From contig JAAOMT010000597.1 of the NCBI GenBank assembly GCA_016748015.1, positions 916,126 to 980,125 on the forward strand: a stretch of 64,000 nt of DNA. Reading direction: 5' to 3'. Source of the DNA: Geosiphon pyriformis uo1. Lineage: Eukaryota > Fungi > Glomeromycota. The notes under the pieces were generated by a model, which did not search any database, had not been told where the DNA came from, and was given only the letters and a program-made list of their open reading frames with translations. Numbering within the stretch: the first letter of the stretch is position 1; every line of letters starts with the position of its first letter. Positions 41,311-51,629 of this stretch are shown in pieces. The position numbers were made by a program, and so were the translations under genes.

Positions 41311-41422
41311 GCTATTGTTAAGATATTTTAAGTAATAATTGGTACGTACATACATTTTATTCTGCTATTTTTATTTTTTAAAACAAAATTGTTTTGATCA
41401 ATAATGCATTTTATTTTTTGTA

Positions 41423-42552
41423 ATGAAATATAATCCTGTAAAATTCAATCGTGAAGTCGTTAAGAGATTTTGGCAACAAGGTTATCAAAGTCCAACTGAA
41501 ATATCTTGAAAAACTAATGTTCTTTTTCACTTTTATAAACAATATATAGAACAATTTCGTAAAAATGGTCAAATTCGAGCAATTCATTGTTCAGATTATC
41601 CACAAAAAACTTTACCAAAAATGTGTTGCCAGATTGGAAAAATTGTAAATCAAAATCACTTTACTATAGCAATTAAAATCAAGACACAACTTGCAAAAAC
41701 ATATCCTGAGATTGAAATAAGTGAACAGATTATTTGCAATAAACTTTCTAAACTTGGTTATATAGTTGTTTTACTAAGACATGTATTTTTATTCACCAAA
41801 CAAGCCAAACAAAACCAATTAGTATAGGCTCAAAAATATTCTAATTATAATTAGCACAAAGTAGTATTTTCAGATGAAACAAATTTACAAATGTTTCGAA
41901 ATACTTGCTTGGCTTGGTCTCATTTGGGTAAACCTTTTACACCAATAGTAAAACATCTATTTAAACTTCATATGTAGGGAGCAATTTGTGCATATAGAAA
42001 AGTTGGAATATGCATCTTTACAGAAAATATGGACTGATATCTTTATTGTAAAATTCTTAATAAGAATTTATATTATAATGCAACTAGCATATATGGACAA
42101 CAATATTAAATTTTCCAGCATGACAACAATCCAAAGCATACTTCAAAAGATCTTCATGCAGATCTTGAGATGCAACTGCCAAATTATGTTTTGTTTTGGT
42201 CATCATATAGTCCAGATCTCAATCCAATTGAGAATATTTGGGCTATTCTTAAACAAAATGCTGAAAAAAAAGTCAAAACAATAATAGCACACAAAAAAAT
42301 ATCTCTCAAGTGATTTTTATTACAATAGTAGAAGAAAAATAGAATAATCTGTCTAATGAGGCCATTTTTAACTGTATTATTAGTATGCAAAATCGAATTC
42401 AAGATTGTATTAGTGTAAAAGGAAGACATAGTAAATATTAATTATTTGTATATATATTCTTTATTTATATATCTATTAAATATTAAAATTTAAACAGAAA
42501 TTATTATGTATAAAAAAAAAAAATACTTTACTATTACTTTTTGGAAGGATTG
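41423..42552 (+). mobile_element. Tc1/mariner (IS630-Tc1) transposon, DD35E transposase pseudogene 41423-42441
   Basis: VVFSDETNL, FQHDNNPKHTS, WSSYSPDLNPIENIW. Right end ...GGAAGGATTG followed by TA; left TIR not found. Confidence 0.9.
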
Positions 42553-43544
42553 TAATATCCTAAGAGCTCTTTTAATTATATTATAAATTACTAATAGTTA
42601 TTTATATATTTTTTCTCTATTAATAAATTTTATACTTTAATTAACAATAATTATTATTTCGTATTTTTGCATAATTTATTAATTATCATATATATAACTT
42701 TTTTATTAAGAATAAAATCTATTTTCAATTTTGTTCCTGGTTTAAGTTTTTTTAGTTTATTAAATAAAGATTTTATATTATAACAATTACTGTTAAAGAT
42801 TTAAAAATAATTTTAATTTAATCAAAAAATTAACCAAATAACATTATATATAAAATTTCTTTTTAATTGAGTTTTTTTTGAAAAACATCATAAAACTTGA
42901 TATATTTTGTTAATATTATTTAGTATTAATCAGCCAATATTTTTGGAGTTTGAGTTTTTCAAAAATTTATTTATAAAGTATGGATGTATATTATTTTTAA
43001 AAAATTTATAATTTTTTGGAAACATTTTTAAAAATTAAATAAAGTTTGATTTTTTTACAAACATTTCTTTCTGAATATAATTTAATAAATATTATTTTTT
43101 TAAAAATTATAAATACATAATAATCTAAGTTATTAATAATTAATTAATTTTTTTCATAGTTATATTTTTATTAATAGTTAATTTTAAGATTGTATTGGTA
43201 TTTTAGTAATTGATTTTTTTTCAACATTAAAATTTATAATCAAATTTATTCAAATAAAGTATTTAATAAGTTAATTATTTGTTTTCAAATCTTGTTTTGT
43301 ATAAAGTTATAATTCTGAATTTAAACAACCAAAATATAACAATTTCTGATAAAATTAAAACACAAATTAAATGTAAAATTGTATAAGCCAAGTGTATTTT
43401 TTAATGATGTTTATTTTTTGAACTAGTCTGTACTAGCTTAAAATAACCACTCTACTTTAATACTATTATTATAATAAAATTTATTATCTTAAAATAATTT
43501 TTATCTTCTCACATATTTTTGGTTAACTCAGTCTGATTTTCAAT

Positions 43545-45129
43545 AAATTTTACTGACTTGTTGATCAGAATGCGGTACATGAACATTTTGTGCTCAATCA
43601 TAACTGTAATAAGCTGTGGCATTAATGCTACAATAATCAGTTTTATTTTCTGTCACAAAATAATTCTTGTCTACTAATTTTCTTTGTTGCTTTGCTAATT
43701 TCATATTTTTGTTGTAATAATTTCTCTCCAACTTAGCCTTAACTAGATGTTCTTTGTACTTTTTTAATAAATCTTTTACTTCTTCCTTGCAAGCATTATA
43801 CTGTAAGTCATTCCAAAAATGTTGGCACTTGTCACATAAATCCATTCTTGGAATTATGATTTAAGTATAAAACGTTAATTGGTGTCATAACTTGCAAAAT
43901 GCATCACATTTTAACAATTTTAATGTGTTATCATTTTCAAGACCTGCAATAAAATCCTAATAAACTGATTTGTAACTCGTTTCAGTTAGCAAAAGTGTAA
44001 GCAATTAAGTAATTCGATTGACATTTCTACCAGAACTTGGTAATTCATGAATTTCAGCATAATTCTTGAGAAAATTTTTTATGGTAGTACCAACAGTTAT
44101 ATCTATAATTATTTTGGTTTTCCATCACAGCACTCTTTTTATATTACCATAAACATGTAATATTATGTCATTTGTTGCTAGATGGTTTCTGACATTTTCA
44201 AAATAAGTGTAACCAATTTTTAACATATTAAGATACATTTGCTAACAAAGAGACATATTGTGATCTCAATAGTAAAACATTTGCTTATTAGTATGTGTTT
44301 TCTTTCTAAGACATTGGCTGGCAGTTATTTCTCTATCATTCAGTGTTTTCAGTTGGGCCATTAAAAATATATTTTGTTCGGATCTAGAAAGAGCTTAAAA
44401 CATCTCATGCAATTCAGCAAACTTTTTTTTTGGAATTATTTTTAAGCAACTACAATTGCAACCTATCTCCAAGAAATACATTGTTTTTTTATATTCAGTA
44501 GAGTCATTTTAATTATTATTAAATTTTATTACTTTCATAACAGTAATCTGCATATGTGTTCAAACAAAGGCATCAATTTTGAATTAAGCTGAGACTCTAA
44601 ACTATTTTACTATTACTGTAGTTTCTGTTGATTATTAAGTCTGGAATAAATCACGTTTGATTGAAACTTACATTTACTACTCTGGCATTCTTAAGTTAAT
44701 GGTCTAAATAAAATACCAACAATGAGTTCCAAAAAAAACTCTCTGTCATTTGACTTAAAAAAATGGCAAAATAAAATAAAATGCATTAAATTACAAATGT
44801 TGTAGCAGTGTGATTCTATTTATTACTTTATTCAAAATACACAAGAATTACAATGGAATTCAATAAAATAACTATTTTTATTCTAGCAATAATCAACTCA
44901 AATTCTATAATTATATTAATCTTACTAAGAATGACCAAATATAGGCTTATCTCTCTTTTTTTTTGTTATTACATTACCAGTATTTCAACCAATATAAAAG
45001 CATGATAATATTTAATTACATACTCAGTTATATAAGACAGTTTTTATAGTCATACTTTTATACAATCATTAGATTCCTGGGAACTGACAGGACAACTGTG
45101 GAGACATGACTGTATATTTATCTAGTAAA
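43545..45129 (-). mobile_element. Sola-like DNA transposon, copy 2 (3'-truncated), abutting a pogo transposase
   Basis: Nucleotide homology to 12730-14332; MDLCDKC...YSYD. Confidence 0.72.
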
Positions 45130-46433
45130 TTAAAATTTCCATATGACACCAACAGTTTTGAATTGTAGTTGTTGTTACTGTTAATTATGCATCAGTTAGA
45201 AAATCAACCACATCTTTTAATGTTACTATTAATATTGGAATCTTGTCATTATACTAATTAATAAGATGAAAAAGAAACAACTTTTGGTATTTTGTCTTAA
45301 AGGATGCAATAATTCCTGTATCTAATAGTTGTAAATGAGATGTTGTATTGGATAGTAGGTATTTAATTATAATATTAGATAATATAGAAGATTCTCTAAC
45401 ATGGAGACCAGTATTATCAAGCAATAGCAAAATCTTTTTTTTCTTGTGATGCATTTCTTTATTTAATAAATTAAGCCATTCACTAAAAATATCAGTTCAC
45501 ATCCATGTTTTTGTATTGTAACAATAAGTGATTGGAAGTGTATTCATATTAATATTGCAAAAACATTGTGACTTTGCCGATAATTAAAGACTGCAACTTG
45601 ATGCTATCTGTTGCATTACAAGCAAGAAGTATGGTAATTTGACTCTTATTACACTTGGTGCCAAAGGTAGATCTTGTTGCCAAAGTTGCATTTGGTGGCA
45701 TTCTAAAGAATAATACTGTCTTATCAACATTGTAAATATCATTTAGATTATATTTACTGATAATCTCACGCAGTTTCTTTCATTCCTCTGGTAAAATTTC
45801 CAAGAAAACACTGTTTGCTTCACCATACATTTTAATATGGTGCATATTATAACGTTTTTTGAACTTTTCTAACCAACTATCTGATGCTTTAAAATTATTT
45901 TCTTCTGAAAACTTTTCAGCAAACTTAAGAGCTTTCATTTGTAAAATTTTTCCAGTAAGAATGCAGTTGGTAGCTAGTGCTCCAAGCATCCATTCTCTCA
46001 GTGCATCATTTATCTTTGGAAACATTTCTTTTTTGTTCTTTGTCAATTGACCAGAGTTGTCAGATACATTTTTTTCAATCTATTGGTCTGATTTTGTGAG
46101 TATTTTTGTTATAGTAGAGTGGTCAATCTTTAGATTAAATATTTCGATAAGTCTATTTGCTAAGTAGTCAGGATGCTCTAGTTTGTACTGACAGAGAGCC
46201 TTTTTAGTCTCCAAAGAGATTACTGCTTGTTTTTGGTTCATGTTTTTTGGCATGTTAATAAGAATACATTTTTTATTGCATTTTGTTTTTATAATATGTT
46301 GATGTATCTGTTATGTTTCAAACATCATTTTTCCTTATATCTAATCAAACATGTAAGATGTTTCATGTTATATAAGATGCTTCAGATTATAAAAAGCAGC
46401 CAAATTATAAAAATAAAAGTTTTAATTCAACTG
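45130..46433 (-). mobile_element. pogo/Tigger transposon (CENP-B HTH + DDE_1), transposase from 46253, 3' end lost
   Basis: FKASDSWLEKFKKRY, IYNVDKT, ILLLLDN, NTTSHLQLLDTGII, IQNCW; 5' terminus TA|CAGTTGAA at 46433. Confidence 0.9.
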
Positions 46434-46599
46434 TAGGATTCTAAGTGCAAATAACAGATTCTTAGTAAAAAGAAACCTAATTTTGATAATGTATCTGTGA
46501 TACTTTTTGTCTCTTACTCCCAACTGATTATCAATAATGAAAGCTGTCAATTTGATCTTCCGCATACTTGCATAATAGCATAAAAGATAGCACAATGTC

Positions 46600-47660
46600 A
46601 TGTTGTTAAGCTCTTCAAACACAGCAATGCCTATATTAATTGGAATATTGATATAAAATACTTTGCATAATGTTAAGGATATCAGAGTGAAAGTTAACTG
46701 CAGTTTTTTAAAAAATGTTCTGATTATTATAAGTTATGGAATTTGATATATAATATATATAAGCATGTAATGGCTTTCAAATTAATGTGGCCATATGTTG
46801 TTTTTAAGAAAAATCTATCTGTTGAAGGTTACTTAGAATAGACCCAAAATAAAACAGATCTCACATTTAGGTTAAAGTATGAACAAGTCTTTTTTTATTT
46901 ACAAGCAATTATTAACTTTCACACTGGAGTTTGTTTCAATAGGTCTTTATTAAGACTTGTGGCTAGACAAATGTTGCACCAATTTGGTTTGCTTGGCACC
47001 ATTCTATTTACCAATTAATTGAAATTGCTGATAAAGAACAATGGCTATGATTGAAGCCTAAAGTTTGCAAGCTGATTCAAGAAAGAATTGTAATTTCTCA
47101 ATCTAAACTTTCAAATCAACATCAAAACCATGATGCAATACTTGAAGAAATTAACAAAATGCTTAAATTGTTGATTCTTTTTACACCTTCACAACAGCAT
47201 TGGGAAATTGCAGCACATAACTGTATCAAATTTGAGAGATTGTGTATTAATCTCTTTAATGTCATCGGATATTTTAAAAGTAAAATATACAGGTCTTATA
47301 TACGTCTTAGCTTTATTGCTGAATCAAATTGATTTTGAGTTTAGATAAGAAAGACACAGTTTGTAAATTCAAATATCTCTAATTGTGTATTTTATGATAT
47401 TGGCCATGAATGGATATTAAGCAAAGAAATGAAAAAATTCAGTAAAATTGCACAGATAAAAAGAATAGACTTTCTGAATTAAGAAAACATTATTAGGTAC
47501 TTGGAAACCAATTCCAGTAACAAGTGAAGAAGCAGATCATCAAAAAATGTAAATCTGTTAATAAAATCACAACTATTACCTATTATTAACTCTCTAATAC
47601 CTCTTTTAAGTGATCATGTTTTTAAAGCTTATCAAGTTAATTGTATAACAGCCTAATAAA
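46600..47660 (+). pseudogene. Decayed fragment of an uncharacterised protein, probably transposon-derived
   Basis: Coding-like translation across frameshifts (GYQSES*LQFFKKCSDYYKLW; APIWFAWHHSIYQLIEIADKEQ; QHQNHDAILEEINK). Resembles a repetitive Glomeromycotina family from memory only. Confidence 0.5.
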
Positions 47661-47786
47661 TATCCTTTAAGAAATTAGAAATATATTGTATTGTGTACAG
47701 TTTTGTTTACCTTGGGTTGAGTGTATTACCATTTATAATTGGCATTTTTAAAATATAATATGTTAAGTCTAGGTCCGAATCTCTAT

Positions 47787-48627
47787 TGTTACTCATAGAA
47801 ATATAGGGAATATATATTAGCATAGTTATTAACCAATTAGAAGTAAACATAGTAAAAGATAGAATTCCAGAATTTCTCTCAGGAATTGCAAGATTTCAGA
47901 AATTACAGAATTCTTACAAGAAATTGCAGAATTCCAGAATTCCAAGATTCCTCTCAAAGGAATTGTAAGATTCCAGGAATCCCAGGATTTCTGTTGTGAA
48001 GAATTGAGAAATTGAGAAATCTCAATTATGTATATATAGCAATAAGATTAGAAGCTAAAAAGACAGACTTCCCAGTTTAGATTTTATCTAGACAACCTTT
48101 CAAACACTATAAATAACTATTTGGTATCTCAAACCTAATTCCACTATCAACCCTTCATGTTGATAGTAATTGATACTTAAACACACTAAAACAATAGCTC
48201 TTAATCACAGCTATTGATGGGATACTAACTTGCAAAACCACTTTGGCTTATTCATTATTTTTTTTTCTTTTCTTTATTTTATTTTAATTTTATTGTTGTG
48301 CACTAATTGGTTGAATAAAATACTAGATTACTGATGTCAAAGATTGCCTGGTAAAAAACCTCTGCGAGAGGGTAGGACACATACAGAAGATATAGAATAC
48401 TTACCAGAGGATTGTCAGCCATCACATTAAGAGAAGAATTGACAAAACTGTGGTTTCGGGAAGCTATGGATAAAACAACTATTGAATCTCTGTCTATTAT
48501 ACAAAGAACTCAAACCAAAACCTTCAGATACAAAACTTTCAGATTAATAACATTAATGCAAATAACTTTTAGCACCAAGTTACAGATTTGTTATTTGATT
48601 CAACATCCCAAATAAATACTCATAACA
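47787..48627 (+). repeat. Solo LTR (family A-related), 4-bp TSD CTAT/CCAT
   Basis: TGTTAC...CATAACA; GAATTCCAG tandem units; homologous to the other three LTRs and the least eroded copy. Confidence 0.9.
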
Positions 48628-48631
48628 CCAT

Positions 48632-49440
48632 TCTGTGTGATTATGTTTGGATTATAAAAAGCATTCAATATGAATTTATTTGTTTTAAAAAAGTTGATTT
48701 TTAATACATCTTTAAAACTATAAATCAAACTTTTGCTCACTAATACTAAATATTGGTTGAATGATGAATATAATGGCTAGTATGGAGCCCTTTTTTAATT
48801 GTGAATGTTAAAGTTGGTGTGAAAATGTATTTATTGAGTATATATCAGAATTCTCATGCTCTGAGTTTTATTACTGGCCACATTTTTTTTCTTAAGAAAA
48901 GGTAAATTCGAACTCCGTTCCCAGTTGATTTGCTTAAGCAATGTCCTATTAACAAACTTGTTCCTGGAGGATTCCATTGGGCCATTATTCTCACTTGTAA
49001 GTCTGTTAATTCCTTCTCCCAATATGGAGAAAAAGTAATCTTATTAACCAAAGTTTAATCCAGAGTAATTTCATCAATACTTACAGCAACAGCTTCCAAA
49101 GCACTACCAGCCTTTGAAACACTACCAGTCTCTAAAGCACCAAGAGCAGCAGTATTGTACTATATGTCAATTATTATTAAAACTCTCATAATACCTACAA
49201 ACAACAAATCAGATATAATAGTTTCATTATTGTCTTCTGATGGTGGTGGTGGCTTATAAAAAAGAGTAATTGAATGTTGTAATATTTGAGAAATTTTGTT
49301 TAGTGTTCTATAATCCTTTTCAGAAACTTCTCTAATTTTTTTTACTATTATAAAAAGAATGATTTCCATTGATAATTGGAAAATCTCCCTAACTGTACAT
49401 GTCTGATTAAATATAAGATGACATCTGATGTTCATATCTA
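48632..49440 (-). pseudogene. Decayed coding sequence of unknown identity
   Basis: Higher-GC overlapping ORF fragments (49160-49435, 48854-49051), possible short GT..AG intron ~49160-49195; no recognisable motif. Confidence 0.35.
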
Positions 49441-49449
49441 ATATTATAT

Positions 49450-49649
49450 GATTATAGTGTGACTATAGAGAGTGGAAATTATTTATATTCTGCTATCATA
49501 TTTGTGGGAATAGGAACTATAAGGAGATAAATATAGTAAAAGTGACTATAAGAAGATAATATTATATATAAATGGTTTTGGTTTTTAAAAAAATGTAATT
49601 ATAAAAAAATAGTGACTATAACTAGAGGGACTATAGAGAGAGTTCACTG
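49450..49649. mobile_element. Terminus of a pogo/Tc1-type DNA transposon with subterminal GTGACTATA repeats
   Basis: Ends ...GAGAGTTCACTG|TA, truncating a LINE ORF1 at a TA; (GT)GACTATA occurs four times in 49458-49635. Confidence 0.65.
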
Positions 49650-50700
49650 TATAGCAAAGTCTAATGCTGATTCTTAAACATTTATGTTTGTTTATTATTA
49701 ACAACTTTAATTATATGTACAGAATTTTTATCCATAAAAATTAATCACTTAATTAAAACTAAATTAGCAATATTAGCAGACTTAAATTCTATTAAAGTCT
49801 TTTGTTAAAGACTAATAAGCTGTATCTTAATTGACATAATTTTGTCAAATTTAGAAAAAACTAATTCTATAACCAATTTAAAAAAATCAACTAAAATTTT
49901 CTTAATAATTATTTCTTAATTTTTATAATTGTTTATCTTTTTTATTTTATTATTTACCAAGATTTTTTTATTGACAGTTAATTTTTTAACTTTGTTCAAG
50001 CTCAATTTAAATGTAAAGAATGATTTAATAATTTTTGGAAATTTTGAGAAATTAAAAGCTTTTTTAAAACTATCAATATAATAAAAATTTTTTTACTGTT
50101 ATTAATTTATTTCTAAAAATTTTTTATACACAGCTGATAGTTTAATATCAAATGTAAAAAATTTTGCTGAATTAAAACTTTGTTTTTTTAAGACATATAA
50201 TTTAGTTAATGATAAATAATTGAATTCAGAAAACTTAGGAACCAGAAGTATCAAAATTTTATTATTATTATCATTTAAATTGTTAAAAAAAATTTTTTTT
50301 GGCTGACTGTTCAAAACATAAGTCTTAGTATATATCTTTTTAAGTATAATATTATCTATTTTTAAAGCATTCAAATCTATATAACTAGTCTTTTCTGTAA
50401 TTGTATTTTTTATGTTTTCTACATCTAAGATTTTATTAATACTACTTATTTTACTTATAACTTTGCTATCCAAAATTTAACAAACTTAATACTATTAATA
50501 CACAGATTAATAAAACTAAAAAAACCAATAAATAACTTAATTATATTAATTTCAACATTAAGCTTTTTTGGTTTTTTGTAGAAAGTATTATAAGAGTAAA
50601 CACTCTTTACTTGTTTTTTTTTGTGTTAAAATGGATCTCCAATTTAGCAAAACCAAAACTCAACTTATTAACAAAAAAAACTTATTAGTTCTATAGCCAT
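49650..50700 (-). pseudogene. LINE ORF1 5' fragment (second subfamily)
   Basis: KFFTFDIKLSAV, KFDKIMSIKIQLISL*QKTLIEF and KNQH*TLLY match the ORF1 at 32800-33300. Confidence 0.8.
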
Positions 50701-51219
50701 AAACAAAGATAAATTAAAAAAAATAACTGTAAAACTAAATAGGAAAAAGATATAAAAAATTTATTTTTTTAATATATTTTAACTCTTATTGTAACTAAAA
50801 AATCAACAAAAAAAAGATTTTTAAGTTTTTTGTATAATAAACAAAAATTTAAGTAGTAATAATTAACAATATTTAATATTAAATTTTTTTGGCATAATGA
50901 TTGATTTATTCTAGTATTTTTTATTTTTTTAATAAGTAATTCAATTATTAATAACTTAATCTTATATTTATTTTTATATTTTTACCAAACAATTTTTAAT
51001 CTTTTAATTTTAACACTTTTTTAAATAAATTAATTAATTAAATAATAACAAAACAAAAACAAAATAATAATAATACAAAAATAAATAAATAAAAAATAAT
51101 ATTTTGTTAATAATTATAATTAAAATTATTGGTTTAAATTAATTAAATTTTTTAAATAAATACTATTAATATTAATTATTTTAATAAGTTTAATATTAAA
51201 AATAAGTAATTATTAATTT

Positions 51220-51518
51220 TCAATCTAATGTTTCTTTGGGAGCATAAGTCTGTTAATGTTAAAACTGATCACTTTAAAACTGCCAAATGACTAGTTGATT
51301 TAGTTTCTTGCAATACAACTTTGTTTTCTGTCATTTAAAAAATGTCATCTTTAAATAAGTTTTCTTCTGTGACATTAGCATAGTGTGTTTTTAATTGGTC
51401 TGAGTAACTAGTCACATGTAGAAAGTACATGATTAACATCTAGTTTAGATTATTTCTTTGATATATAGTACTAGGTTGTTTTTGGGCTATACTTGTTAAG
51501 CAAATAAAAAATAAAAAA
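51220..51518 (+). mobile_element. 5'-truncated ORF1-only element (C-terminus + 3' tail)
   Basis: LMFLWEHKSVNVKTDHFKTAK*LVDLV...KFSSVTLA* matches 10430-10590; conserved tail and A-rich end. Confidence 0.82.
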
Positions 51519-51629
51519 TTATTAATAAAATAATTTACATATATATACAATTTTAATAAATAATTTAATTATAAATAATAATTGTGTTTTTATTAAATAA
51601 AAACTTTGTTTTAAATACTAAATTTGAAC

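Noticed and set aside
48412-48615. 67-aa ORF inside the solo LTR
   Set aside because: Alignment to the other LTRs shows frameshifting indels, so the frame is not conserved.
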